Below, piece by piece: positions 46,501 through 56,855 of a stretch of 61,116 nucleotides of DNA. Under the pieces are notes generated by a model that was not told the DNA's origin, made no database searches, and saw only the letters and a list, made by a program, of their open reading frames with translations. The stretch spans positions 1 to 61,116 of the IMG/VR virus record IMGVR_UViG_3300030106_004626. One strand, given 5' to 3'. Source of the stretch: a virus. Taxonomy: Duplodnaviria > Caudoviricetes. A program made the position numbers and the translations under genes. Position 1 is the stretch's first letter. Each line of letters begins with the position of its first letter.

Positions 46501-49500
46501 ACGCTATTGAGGCTTCCTATACTGAGCGGATTCAAAAAGTTAACGAAGCCGAGGCCCGCTACAGAAAAATGGACCGAGAAGCGCAGCCATTTGAAATGGC
46601 GGCGGGTCTTGAGTCTCCTGTCAGGAAAGGACTTCGGCGAGCGGTTCAAGAAGGTAAAGCAATAAGCCCTGAAAAAGCTGCTGAATTACGGGGGGATGTT
46701 TTTAAAGACAGGATTCTTGCGCTCAAGAAACTTAAAATTGAGCAGTCGGTAGAACAAGAAGAGCAAGAGGCACAAGAGTTGCCAGCATCTATTGAAGCGC
46801 CGGTTAATTTTCTTATTAATAGTGGGTTCCAGCACATCGTTACAATCCCCAAGCTAAAAAGACTAGGCATACCTGTTAATGCGAGGACTACCTCCGAGCC
46901 ATTCTTACGTTCTGTAAACCGACGTATTGCTAAAGAAGTAACAGAAAAATTTCCCAAGCTAAAAATTACCAAGCCAGCAAACGGTTCAGCAATCAAGTCT
47001 GTTTACGGGCAAGGCCAAGTGTTTGTTGACCAGAACCAAGTAGGTCAGTTTGACAACGATCCGGTAGCCATGCTGACTTTGTTAGAACTCGGAACGCCGA
47101 TCGTAGTTTCTGAAGAAGCTCTCTCATCCCCTACCTTGAACCCCGCTTTCCGGTTTACACAAGTTGGGGAGACCACTGTGGTTTCTAACATTATGGTTCC
47201 CGAGTCACGGGGCCTTGTTTCTGCACTCACTCCTGCTGAACGTGCGCTTGCACTTCGTCCAGATTATAGCCCGCTTAGTGAGTTAGTTAATACGGTCACA
47301 TCTCTCCGTGGAGAAGGTATCCAAAACCCTGACGCCTTGATTTCTTCCCCGTTCAACCCCGACGAAAAAATTACCGTCGAGGAAGCTATGTCAAAGTTAG
47401 AGCAGAGCGCGGACGTTACTGAATTTTTACAGCCAACACGGCGGGGCCTGACTGAGCCTTTTGCAGCTACTGCGGCTATCGAACTAAGACTCAGGGCGCA
47501 GGAAGCCTTGTTCAGGGGTGACACCGTATCTCTTGAAGGACTCGGCAATCAAGTTGCTAACCGCTACCAGCAAGAACAGGAAGCTCGTTTAAATCATCAG
47601 AAAGAAGTCTTTATGTCTACGGTCTCTCCTGAGAACGCGGCGGAACTTCAGGCGGACCCCGACTTTAACCCAGAATCTGAAACTTCAGATACCTATACGG
47701 CTTACCCCGAAGAAGATCCTATCCTGTTTTCTCCGTCTGAGCTTTCAGGTTTACTCAAAGACGCCCAATCAAATGCGATAGCGGCTATCACTGGTGACCA
47801 AGAACTAAAAACTCGGGTTGTAAATCTGGTTCAAAACGAAGTCTTTACCTCAACCACTATTGATTTCGACCGTGTATCCAACAAAGCATTGTGGGGTTAT
47901 CTAGTTCAGTGGATGGCGCAGGGAAACAGCAGGGCACATCCGGCCAGCATTACGTTTCAGAAAGAACTAAAAGGTAACAGGTTCGACATGGGTCGCCCTG
48001 TCAGGGACGCCCTCCGCATAATGACTTTGTCGTCGAACTCTATTGAAGGGACAATTCAAAATAATTCTGAATATAGGTCTTTCTTAAAAGATCAGATACG
48101 CTCCCTTAGAGGAGTAGAGGCTTCTGATGGTCAAGTAACCGAGTTCTTTAACTTTATACGCCGGTCTATTGGCGAGCTTCACCTTCGTTCGCAACCCACT
48201 GCAATGTCTCTTGCTGAAGTCCAGCAAGTTAATCTTGAGGCCATCGCTGCGCTGGGCTTAAAAAGCGGGGATTCGTCTTCGATTATTGAAGCCCTTCGTC
48301 GTATTGCCGGAGTGTCTTCTCGCACACAGAAAAAATACGACAAGAATCTAGTTGCACTGGCTCGGCTTCTTTTGAAGTCGCCAGACTACATCAATACAAT
48401 TGAGCTTACTATTGATGAGACAAACCAAAATTACGCAGGTAATTTTGACATTCTTAATGATGGCACCCCTGCTATCTCAATAAACATTAGCGGACATAAC
48501 CCGCGCGGGGTCGCCGACACGCTACTGCACGAACTTACTCATGCTTTTGTAACTAATGTTACCCGCAAATCTCCGGCTCAACAGACTCGCCAAGAAGCCA
48601 ACGCGATTGGTGTTCTGGAACAAACGGTCCGAGGGATACGCGAACGCCTTAACGTGCGCGGCTCTCAGTTAACTAAGGTTGGTTACACGAACAACGACCC
48701 TCGTGTTCTCGACGGGGTAGAAAATATAGACGAGTTCGTGGCTCATTTTCTCACCTCGACCGACTTTCAAGCGGTAGTAAAAGTAATTTCTGACCAACAG
48801 AATAATTTCTTTCAGCGAGCTATTGATGCAATCGTCGCGTTCTTTAATCCTACCCAAACTGAAATTCCTCAGTTCACAGAAATATTTTCTTCTGTGCTCG
48901 ACCTGTCTCAAGCGGCTATTGCCACGGCAGGTCCAAGAAAAAAGAAAGCAACCATCTCGATGGATGAGTTTGTAGCTTTGCAAGATGAAGGCAGAGTAAA
49001 CTCTGAATCTCTTTCCACAACCGCAGCAGACTATATTGCAGATAAGGTATTCCCCGCGTCTCCCGCGACCAACAGCACGATTCGCAAAGAACCTGTCACG
49101 GCCAATTCGTTAGCAAATAAAGTAGCTCACGACATCATTCAGTCGCAGCAAGAACAGGTCCGCCTTGCATCGAACGTCCAAGCCGCAACGGGAGTTGATC
49201 CAACTACCCAACAAGAAATAATCTCGCGTATCGAAGAAACTGTTTCTTATGTTGAAGGACTTGTTAGTCCTGAAACACAGATAGAAATAAACAACGAGAT
49301 CCCCGTCATGGCCGAGGTGGACCCCAAGACTGGAGTCCTGACGATAAATCCTTTGAAATTGTCTGGCCTTGTCTTAGAGCTTCAACAACGCAATGGAGGT
49401 CGTCCTGTCCCTGTGCATACTCGTCGGGGGATATTGGCGGTAGTGATTAATGAGGAAGTTGCTCATGCCGCTTCTGTTTCCGCGCTTACTACTACAGAGA

Positions 49501-52500
49501 TCCAAGAAATCATGGACTCCATGACTCTTGCAGATGCTTATCGGGCGATTGATGCCTACGGAGATGATTCAGCAAAAGCAGGGGAGGTTCGCGAGAGCAT
49601 GAAAATGGGTTGGCGGACTGGCAACCCCGAAGTGAAATCACAAGTTGTTGAAGAAATGCTACGGCAACACGCCCAACGGGTCACCCGAGGTTTCACTACC
49701 GAAGAAGATGTAGCCTTCCTTAGATCTAACCCGAGCTTGTTGCAGTATATCATTCGTTACTTCAAAAGTTTCTTGAAGAAGTTGGGCTACTACAGGTCTC
49801 GTGGAGATATCACCCCGCAGTTGCGTGTGGCTGTTGACCGAATGGTCAATGAAATCAGGGCCATGGAATCAGGGTTCAGGGTTCAATCTAACTTTGCCCC
49901 GTTCGATGCAAACAATCCTGCGTCTGCTGTAGAGAAATTCAGAAAGCAGATCAACATGAACAAGCCTATCGAGCGGCCTGATGCAGGCGTGCCTGCGCTC
50001 GCTTCAGGGATCACAACGCTTGATGATGAAGCTCAACCAACAAAGTATCAAATCATAGACCGTCACACCGGACTGCAAGTTGGTGCGGATTACACCGATA
50101 AGAAACGCGCACGATCTAGAAGAGAGCGCCTTGATTTGGAATACGGGGGCTACCGTTATGGCGTAAGGGAGGTTTCCTCGGGGAGGATGTTGTCTTCAGG
50201 CATCACGGCTGATGCTTTATCTCTTTCCCCTGTAGACGCACCACTAGATCTGTCAGGCATCGGAGTCACCGCCGGATCGAGAGTCAACACAGCACAAGGC
50301 CGCGAGGCAGAAGACAGCACGTTTGAAGCCTACGAGCAGCAGGATAGCTATGTAATCAACAGCGTTTCTGTCGCCAAGTATGTAGCGTTCCAAGGGCGCA
50401 AGAACCTTAGAGGCCGACCTACTCAGGTTCGCGGCAAGGATACTCTTGTTTATAAACAACTGAAGGCTCTGGACGACCGCAGGGTGGAGATGTTTCCTGC
50501 CACTGCAATAAAAGCAACGCTTATCAAAGAAATTAATTCTGCGAGTAGAGTCAGTGACGCCCTCGTTAAGCGTATAGCCAACAAGCTATACACTGGGGAA
50601 GCCGGATTTACTGGAACTGAAGCACAGATGGCCAACGTAAAAGGTCTTATTGATTTTGTCAGAGGTGCGGACAGAACAACATTAGCCGCTGCAAAAGAAT
50701 GGAGATCGCAAACAAACAAAGATATTCTTGATGAGATGCGTCCTCTGGCGGACGAGGTTTACGACACCGTAAGTGCTTTCGCCGTCGATAACTTGGTTCA
50801 TCTTTATGACTCCATGCACCCCGTTATGAGAGAACGGGCCAAGCTGTGGTATGAAGGAGCAAACAGGATCGCGCAGGATATGGCGAAGAGATATAACATT
50901 ACTCTTGAGCAATCCTCAACCGCACTTGCAGTTCTAAGCCCGCAGAAGGATTGGTTCCAGAACGTGTCCCTCGCGGGCCGTGTCATGGAAGTTGTCACCA
51001 AGAACAAACAGAATAAGTATACAAAGTCCATGGCAGATAAAGCACTGCAAATGGCTGAGAACATTTCTAAAAGTGCCGCTGAAACAGCGGGTCAGTTCCA
51101 GAAGCGGAAGAAAGAAGTTATTTACGATACAAAGAAGTTCAACGATATGATGCTCGGCAAGACTTTGGGGCAACTAATTAAACAGGCCAAAAAAGGAACC
51201 GAGTCTGAAACCCTTCCTGCCAGATACGTCCGCATATTTGATCAACTAAACCATCCGCGTGGTTATGCCATCTTATCCCCAGAAGGAGACAGGCTAGGGT
51301 TACAGGTAACAAAGAAAAACACCATCGCCGCAGTAGGATGGGGGTCTTACAAAGAAATTCAAAAAGCAATTGACGCTTTGCTGACTACTGATGAAGCCGT
51401 TCATAGTGATCTTCTTGGGGAGCAACACAAGGTAAGAAACTTTAGAAACAATATTGCCGACCCTGCTAATTCAGATGACGGGACTATTGACACTCATGCA
51501 GTGAGCGCACTTTACTTTATTCCTGTTGCTGGTGCGGACACTGAGGTAGCGCACAATTTTGCGTCCTCTAAAGGAGAGGACAAGATCAGCAGTAGTGGTT
51601 CAAAACAATTTGGTATTAACGGGACGTATGCCTTGAATTTAAAGGCGCATCAAGATGCGGCTGCGTTTATCAACGAACGAGACGGGACTAACTTGTCTAC
51701 CCGAGAAATCCAATCAATAACGTGGGAGCAAATACGGACATTGTTCTTGCCAGAACAAAAACGCGAGAAAGCCAGCTACGCTAAGAAAGAAGACAAGGAA
51801 ACAGTCCTTGATGAATCTCGTCAAATATGGGATAAAACAACTGACGATGGCGAAGCGAGACAACTTATTGAGGAAAGATTTGGAGGCTATGGCTTCCCAG
51901 ACTGGGCCACACCAAGGGAGCTGCGCTCTGTTGCTGAAGATACGGCCTACGCAGAAAAAGTTCGACTCAAGCGACTTCCTTCGAGTTCTGCATCCGGACT
52001 ATCCGATCCCGACGCCAGCGGAGATCCTGACGGAACTAGTTCCGCCGGAGTTACTGGATTAAAATCCGGCATTTGGAGTCCGGCAGCGCATATGCTGGAC
52101 GTTTCTTCTAATGAGGCAGCCGAGCTTTTGTCAGACATCCGGTTGGATGGAGCTAAAGAATCTTCTAAAAATAGATTCTTAACTGCCGCTGAAGAAGCTA
52201 ACAAGAGTTTAGACGACTTTGATTTAGAAGGGGCGAGTATTTTCTTGGCCGAAGATAACTCGGCTGGAGTTGCAGTCAGTCCTGTTACTGAATCTGAAGG
52301 GGGAGATCTTTTCATCTTTGATTCCCGCGACGATAATAAAAATGTCATCGGTATATTAGAGTTGCTAGAGGTAGCAACATCGCAAGAGGCAATAGCAGAT
52401 TCTTCAGGGAACCCGATCAAAGTAGCTACGGTAAAGGTCAAAGATATTAATAATTTACCGACCGTAATGCATCAGACATTTGGGTTCAGCCCATACAGCC

Positions 52501-55500
52501 GCGTCTTGAGCGAAGACGCACCGGAAACTGTGTTCATGGGGAGAGATTCGATTGACGGGTTTTATAACTCTGTAGCGCACCCATATGAAAATCAGAGGGA
52601 AACAATACCTACCTTTAACTCTGAAGAACTTGCTAGTGATTACCGTGCGCGGCGTATGGCGGACATAGGTATTTCTCTTGTAAGGAGACCCATGACCACA
52701 CGGGAAAAAATACGCAAGCAGACAGAACAAGAAGAGCCAAGCGTAACTCTTGGAGATATTATCAAAGGGCTTCCGGCGACACTTGTGTCAGGTGGCTTGG
52801 CAACAGACACAAAAAGAAATTTGTTTGGCACGACAATTAAAGAGAACGCAAGAATGCGTATCAGTGCTAAAGCTCTTGATAGAATTCGCCAAGAGAAAGC
52901 CAGAATCGCAGAAGAAGAACCTATGTTCCGCGAAGAAGGCGCGATTGAAACAAAAGCGTTACGGTCGGGTGTTCAAGTAGAGAGCGCAAAGATTCTTACT
53001 TTGAGTGAACTGAGAGGGCTTGATAGTTCTGTTAACGAAGCGGTTCAGGATATTGAAAATGATCAGGGCCGTCCTCTCGACGAGGGGCAGCAAGCCTCTA
53101 TTATGTCCGGCATCTTCGGGGCCGTGTCTGATCTTCCGTCTGAGTTTAATGACGCTGGTGTAGACTATAGCGAGTTTATCGAATTGTTGGAGCTGCCCCT
53201 TATCGAAAAAAGTGTTGGCTTCAATAAGATCGGCGGGACATTCAAGAAGCTATTCCTCGGGGAGACTGACCCCACAGTTCAGCGGTTCTCTCGGCAAAGG
53301 GATGCGTTCCTTAGATCAGGAGACAAGATAGTTGAGGAGTATCATTTGAAATATAAGAGGGCGATCGAGAAAGACTACGACCCCGACAATACCCCGTGGG
53401 AAACAATCCAGACAGCTAGCGGAACGACCAATAACATTGACCCTGACCCTGACGGAGCGATAGCTGATGCTAGGGACAAGGCTAAGATTGATATCCAGAG
53501 GAAGTATGCCGCCGAGTTATCAAATAAAATAACGCAGATAGAAGATGCGTATGACAACGCACGCGCCAACATCAAGGCTACAGAACCTGATGCAGGTAAG
53601 CGCAGGCAGCTTCGCAATCAAGAGAGGAAAAAGAAGAATGAAGCGATTACGCGAGAGACTGAGTTGAATAAGGCAGCTAAAGGAGCTGAAGAGGATCTAG
53701 CCGACATCAGTTATAAGGCCGACATAAAGAAAGCGTTCGCGGCTAGAAAAGATAAAATGATGCGTGACCGTGACGCAGCCTTAAAACAAATACAAGTAGA
53801 GTCCCCAGACTTATTCAACGTCCTTCTTGATCTCCGGCGGCTCACAGACGAGCTATCCGTAAAAGCAAGAGACCTGTTCGGGCGGCATGATAAAGGGGTG
53901 CTCGTTAAGTTTGATAACAATCTTGGGCTTTACGTCACCCGTAGATACCGGATGTTCTCTGAGACAGACTACGTCGATCGCATTCTTAAATCCAATGAGG
54001 AAGCGGACGTTGCCGTCAGGTCTGCGGCGATTGATTTTATGCACGACCAGTTTATCGAGAACGAAACTCGACGGCAGATAGCTGCCAACCCCTCGATATC
54101 TGAGTCAGATGCACGGGCAGAAGCAGAGAGGGTATACAACTCCAAAGAGCTAGGAGGACAGTCACTGGGGTATCAGATGATCACTGAGTTTCTCTCATCG
54201 TATGATACAGAAACGGGGCCGGAGGATTTTGCTTCCGCCTTTGCATTGGCTGGAATGCCCAAGACCAAAGAGCCACAGGCTACAGGAGCACTCCGCGCAA
54301 TCGTTAAGAACCTGCAAGGCAGGGCGGAAATACCCAAGCCGCTCGCGGACCTTATGGGCGCGAACAACATTCCAGAAGACAGCGTAGACAACCTGCTTTA
54401 TGCCTTCTCTACCGTAGCCAAGATTGCATCACATCAGCATTTCCTTGAGTCGATGCGGCAACAAGGAATAGAGAACGGGTGGCTCTTTACAAAAGAAAAG
54501 TATAACGACCTTCTAAAGGAACCCGATGGGTATACAAAATACGCTAATCGTTTCAGACAGATACAAAATTCTGGGGCGGACAGTGGGCTAAATCCTCTGG
54601 CTGGTTTGTATGTTGAGAAGGATATCTACAATAGCATCTTGCCAATGTTCCAGCAGACAACGAGGGCGGGCAATGACGCCGCGTCTTCCGTGATGGGCAC
54701 TTCCTTGGCGGTAGCGCAGAGACTTACCGGAGCAGCAATGGCTGCGAAGACTCTGTTCTCATTAGGATTCTACCTCCGAAATGCACTCGGTAACGTGCTC
54801 TTCTTCGGCCCCGCGCAGGGATATATCCATTCGGCTAAGGATATTTTTTCTGGTAACCCGATGTCTGGCACGGGGATGAGTATGTTCTCTGCGATTAAAC
54901 GGGCCGTTCAAGGCAACAGGGCCGAGACTAGCGCATACCTCAGATCGCTTGAGGGGCTTGATGTCTTCGGAAACGAAGTCCGTTCGGAGATTATGATCCG
55001 GCTGCTTCGGGGAGAAGAAACAACTGATGGAGTTCAAGCCCAGCTTTCAGATCTAGCGTCTAAGGCATCCAGCAAAAAGACACCTGCACACGCTAGAAGA
55101 GTCGCAGCGGATACGATGGCGCGTCTAGCAGGGGCCATGGATACCTTCTACAAGATTGGTTACTTTGAACACGAACTAGCCGTGCTGCGAAAAGCATACA
55201 AAGCAGATCTGGCTGCGGGTAAAATCTCGGAAATAGATCTAAAGCGTGAAGCAGCAGAGATCATAGGGGACACCGCGCAGTCATATTCTCGCGCCCTTCC
55301 GATTATTAAAAAGTTCACTGGCTCCGGCGCTGGGTTGCTCATCGCACCTTTCGTTCGGTTCACGGCTGAAGTCCCACGGATTGCGGTCAATACAATCAGA
55401 CGAGGAGTCAAAGAGATGGGGTCGGACAACCCCGTCATCAAAGCGAGGGGATATCAACGGCTGGCAGGGTTCGCCGCAGTCACTGGGGGCCTCAGTATGG

Positions 55501-56453
55501 CGGTGCCTACGCTCTTGCGAGTCGTGCTCTCTGGGATGGGCGAGGAAGAAGATGAAGCGTTCCGTATGTCTTTACCTCCATACCTTCGGAATCATACTTT
55601 CTTCATTCAGAAGTTAGACAACGGAGACATCAAGTCATGGGATCTTACTTACTTAAATCCTTTTTCAGTTATCGCGGACCCGATGTTGCGGACCCTAGAA
55701 CACGCCGTGCGGGGAGAGCCGCTCACTGCCGCTACTAAGCTAGTCACATCCAGCTTCGTTGATCCTTATCTCGGCGATCAGATCTTTGCCGGAGCGGTCT
55801 TTGATATTAGAGAGAACCGGAATGCGCGTAACGATAATCCTATTTGGGAGGAGACAGATACATTACCGCTTAGGATTGCTAAGATGGCTAGGTATCTAGG
55901 GGAAGAAGCCTACGGGCCGAGGACTCCCCTGAAGTTAATCGAGGCTTACCAAGCACTCGGGCGGGACGAGCAGAGTTTTGATAACTCAGCGTTCGGCATT
56001 ATCTTTAACGAAGCAATGCCCGTGGTGCCTAAGACCAAGGCCCCCATCGATATGTTTGAGCGAGTCGTGTTTAAGATGCGCGACGAGCAGACAAGAGCGC
56101 AACGTAAGTTTGGGGAGCTAAAGAAAACCGCAGGGATGACCGAGGGTCAAGTGGCAAGAATCCACCGAGACATCAGGAAGAGCAGGATGCGTATCAACAG
56201 CCAACTGTCCCGCGCCATGAAAGGTTTCAGGGGGATGGGCGTCTCGAACAATGATATGTATCAGGCAATGAAAGGGGCCAGATACGGGAAGCGGAGATCC
56301 CAGCTTCTGTTCACAGGGTTCATGGAGAACCCTGTCCCACCCAAGAATCTGGTAGATGATTTAATGTCTACTGAAGTGGGGAGGGAAAGACTGAGAATAC
56401 TCATGGAAGAACACGCTAATTACGCAAGGTTCCTCCGGCTGGACGATGATTAA
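43542..56453 (+). CDS. giant polyvalent/internal virion (ejection) protein
   Basis: 4303 aa; HELTH zincin motif, DUF7178/HhH-like domain, GNAT-like segment, helical N- and C-terminal regions. Confidence 0.8.
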   Translation: MSEQTDTQPTVNPLGFSEWSSENNFNDPLESRVKYGDYLREQYINAEAYNPTVEQEISTAFAQSLQQEGLLTEENVGDVEQRISAIQGSVSLDQEARNMRDSLSSTEDAQTLSDYLSAADVDAPSPEYLEELQPLKSKATEIVNNEKDARARAMIDAGEIPMAKLSSGELLVGEAAERMGIVAAIKSSKSGGVTMSDAIAAKAQLNTPDGWEIPLYKIKNLTDIYRLLEVEQKADEDFSLIIDGLSTELAESEYDAGDRMEKWLDGLGRSGVNFIRRISGKGEDVDKENARRRAIEEARGTNIRQLAAKYALKFDKRPEDVERALKQLSVDNANKKQMFEFHDEDDEIGKNIRFLGFGLPSVSPQALVNKDVFDKAIAAHPDMSQNVKDALDRQRVNYLQSQFVDYNKLLSQTSVADEWSKALITGRASGVEDYRILEAFVADEDNYNEFKERLSGLGASVWHGFGQIIHAIPAGFGLQMSKDYLASVAQKNSNRRQLAEVFGEEFGFLQDVGETAFPMLIDVGLTALLAAGTAPLGGSGAVAYASMKAGGRASASLAGKGVTKALFSNVFRRKAGKSITEQADELLGEGLIKGTRSGAVDILKNYNGKLASKLGIAPAVFVPAATRSGSATYGAVYNQLRQNPDITEEEAHDRALGSMLLAGTFTGIITSSFSLIGKGGLEDALLKGLTYKQMNTVAKSVTNMVEGDLFETAQKAISTTMKKYAFGGVKGLMKNFADEGVEEGIDEFVNGLITDAALNENTPFLERLQQTWHAVVLGGTMGAGVPVAQFALRPLKPAATSSAQMGAMFDEVLTDMARDLTDNGAPITAEVLSAIASDTRRKDARLSVVPTPQEQEDILEEQRTRTLVPQDSGVPLASGITSDEKFSQELETSVNPDSVAEAVAETLASSTPVVSGADPNTVETKGSLMRSLGMQVREASSVENTDHQSVRDLLVPPVAGTEPDYFEGARPLARQLVLDPSRQSEADAIEASYTERIQKVNEAEARYRKMDREAQPFEMAAGLESPVRKGLRRAVQEGKAISPEKAAELRGDVFKDRILALKKLKIEQSVEQEEQEAQELPASIEAPVNFLINSGFQHIVTIPKLKRLGIPVNARTTSEPFLRSVNRRIAKEVTEKFPKLKITKPANGSAIKSVYGQGQVFVDQNQVGQFDNDPVAMLTLLELGTPIVVSEEALSSPTLNPAFRFTQVGETTVVSNIMVPESRGLVSALTPAERALALRPDYSPLSELVNTVTSLRGEGIQNPDALISSPFNPDEKITVEEAMSKLEQSADVTEFLQPTRRGLTEPFAATAAIELRLRAQEALFRGDTVSLEGLGNQVANRYQQEQEARLNHQKEVFMSTVSPENAAELQADPDFNPESETSDTYTAYPEEDPILFSPSELSGLLKDAQSNAIAAITGDQELKTRVVNLVQNEVFTSTTIDFDRVSNKALWGYLVQWMAQGNSRAHPASITFQKELKGNRFDMGRPVRDALRIMTLSSNSIEGTIQNNSEYRSFLKDQIRSLRGVEASDGQVTEFFNFIRRSIGELHLRSQPTAMSLAEVQQVNLEAIAALGLKSGDSSSIIEALRRIAGVSSRTQKKYDKNLVALARLLLKSPDYINTIELTIDETNQNYAGNFDILNDGTPAISINISGHNPRGVADTLLHELTHAFVTNVTRKSPAQQTRQEANAIGVLEQTVRGIRERLNVRGSQLTKVGYTNNDPRVLDGVENIDEFVAHFLTSTDFQAVVKVISDQQNNFFQRAIDAIVAFFNPTQTEIPQFTEIFSSVLDLSQAAIATAGPRKKKATISMDEFVALQDEGRVNSESLSTTAADYIADKVFPASPATNSTIRKEPVTANSLANKVAHDIIQSQQEQVRLASNVQAATGVDPTTQQEIISRIEETVSYVEGLVSPETQIEINNEIPVMAEVDPKTGVLTINPLKLSGLVLELQQRNGGRPVPVHTRRGILAVVINEEVAHAASVSALTTTEIQEIMDSMTLADAYRAIDAYGDDSAKAGEVRESMKMGWRTGNPEVKSQVVEEMLRQHAQRVTRGFTTEEDVAFLRSNPSLLQYIIRYFKSFLKKLGYYRSRGDITPQLRVAVDRMVNEIRAMESGFRVQSNFAPFDANNPASAVEKFRKQINMNKPIERPDAGVPALASGITTLDDEAQPTKYQIIDRHTGLQVGADYTDKKRARSRRERLDLEYGGYRYGVREVSSGRMLSSGITADALSLSPVDAPLDLSGIGVTAGSRVNTAQGREAEDSTFEAYEQQDSYVINSVSVAKYVAFQGRKNLRGRPTQVRGKDTLVYKQLKALDDRRVEMFPATAIKATLIKEINSASRVSDALVKRIANKLYTGEAGFTGTEAQMANVKGLIDFVRGADRTTLAAAKEWRSQTNKDILDEMRPLADEVYDTVSAFAVDNLVHLYDSMHPVMRERAKLWYEGANRIAQDMAKRYNITLEQSSTALAVLSPQKDWFQNVSLAGRVMEVVTKNKQNKYTKSMADKALQMAENISKSAAETAGQFQKRKKEVIYDTKKFNDMMLGKTLGQLIKQAKKGTESETLPARYVRIFDQLNHPRGYAILSPEGDRLGLQVTKKNTIAAVGWGSYKEIQKAIDALLTTDEAVHSDLLGEQHKVRNFRNNIADPANSDDGTIDTHAVSALYFIPVAGADTEVAHNFASSKGEDKISSSGSKQFGINGTYALNLKAHQDAAAFINERDGTNLSTREIQSITWEQIRTLFLPEQKREKASYAKKEDKETVLDESRQIWDKTTDDGEARQLIEERFGGYGFPDWATPRELRSVAEDTAYAEKVRLKRLPSSSASGLSDPDASGDPDGTSSAGVTGLKSGIWSPAAHMLDVSSNEAAELLSDIRLDGAKESSKNRFLTAAEEANKSLDDFDLEGASIFLAEDNSAGVAVSPVTESEGGDLFIFDSRDDNKNVIGILELLEVATSQEAIADSSGNPIKVATVKVKDINNLPTVMHQTFGFSPYSRVLSEDAPETVFMGRDSIDGFYNSVAHPYENQRETIPTFNSEELASDYRARRMADIGISLVRRPMTTREKIRKQTEQEEPSVTLGDIIKGLPATLVSGGLATDTKRNLFGTTIKENARMRISAKALDRIRQEKARIAEEEPMFREEGAIETKALRSGVQVESAKILTLSELRGLDSSVNEAVQDIENDQGRPLDEGQQASIMSGIFGAVSDLPSEFNDAGVDYSEFIELLELPLIEKSVGFNKIGGTFKKLFLGETDPTVQRFSRQRDAFLRSGDKIVEEYHLKYKRAIEKDYDPDNTPWETIQTASGTTNNIDPDPDGAIADARDKAKIDIQRKYAAELSNKITQIEDAYDNARANIKATEPDAGKRRQLRNQERKKKNEAITRETELNKAAKGAEEDLADISYKADIKKAFAARKDKMMRDRDAALKQIQVESPDLFNVLLDLRRLTDELSVKARDLFGRHDKGVLVKFDNNLGLYVTRRYRMFSETDYVDRILKSNEEADVAVRSAAIDFMHDQFIENETRRQIAANPSISESDARAEAERVYNSKELGGQSLGYQMITEFLSSYDTETGPEDFASAFALAGMPKTKEPQATGALRAIVKNLQGRAEIPKPLADLMGANNIPEDSVDNLLYAFSTVAKIASHQHFLESMRQQGIENGWLFTKEKYNDLLKEPDGYTKYANRFRQIQNSGADSGLNPLAGLYVEKDIYNSILPMFQQTTRAGNDAASSVMGTSLAVAQRLTGAAMAAKTLFSLGFYLRNALGNVLFFGPAQGYIHSAKDIFSGNPMSGTGMSMFSAIKRAVQGNRAETSAYLRSLEGLDVFGNEVRSEIMIRLLRGEETTDGVQAQLSDLASKASSKKTPAHARRVAADTMARLAGAMDTFYKIGYFEHELAVLRKAYKADLAAGKISEIDLKREAAEIIGDTAQSYSRALPIIKKFTGSGAGLLIAPFVRFTAEVPRIAVNTIRRGVKEMGSDNPVIKARGYQRLAGFAAVTGGLSMAVPTLLRVVLSGMGEEEDEAFRMSLPPYLRNHTFFIQKLDNGDIKSWDLTYLNPFSVIADPMLRTLEHAVRGEPLTAATKLVTSSFVDPYLGDQIFAGAVFDIRENRNARNDNPIWEETDTLPLRIAKMARYLGEEAYGPRTPLKLIEAYQALGRDEQSFDNSAFGIIFNEAMPVVPKTKAPIDMFERVVFKMRDEQTRAQRKFGELKKTAGMTEGQVARIHRDIRKSRMRINSQLSRAMKGFRGMGVSNNDMYQAMKGARYGKRRSQLLFTGFMENPVPPKNLVDDLMSTEVGRERLRILMEEHANYARFLRLDDD

Positions 56454-56638
56454 TCCCCGCCCTCGACGCAGAGTTGAGCAGCCTCCCACCCGTGCCGCAT
56501 CCCCATCATGTAAAGGGCATCGAGGTTTTTAGAGAGAGTGTCCTTCGTCCACTTGCGGTTGGCTACGTTCTTGACGATCTCGTCGGTTCGCTTCTGATGC
56601 TCGGTAGCTTGGCGGCTTTTCAGTTTGTCTAATGTCAT
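56450..56638 (-). CDS. hypothetical protein
   Basis: 62 aa. Confidence 0.55.
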   Translation of the reverse strand: MTLDKLKSRQATEHQKRTDEIVKNVANRKWTKDTLSKNLDALYMMGMRHGWEAAQLCVEGGD

Positions 56639-56639
56639 T

Positions 56640-56855
56640 TTAATTTTTTAGAATAATGTTGGTGAGTCGGAGGGCGATATTATTGCGGGTCTTGTCATCA
56701 AGCATGGGCGAAGCGGGGAGCACCTTGTCATCAAAGACAGGATACAAGGCGCAGGTATCAGGGTTCACGGTAGACTCATTCGGCTGAATCTCCCCCTGTA
56801 TCATCATGGGCATTCCGCTCGGGTATACTTCCCTGACTACGTGTCTATACTCCAT
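56640..56855 (-). CDS. hypothetical protein
   Basis: 71 aa. Confidence 0.55.
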   Translation of the reverse strand: MEYRHVVREVYPSGMPMMIQGEIQPNESTVNPDTCALYPVFDDKVLPASPMLDDKTRNNIALRLTNIILKN

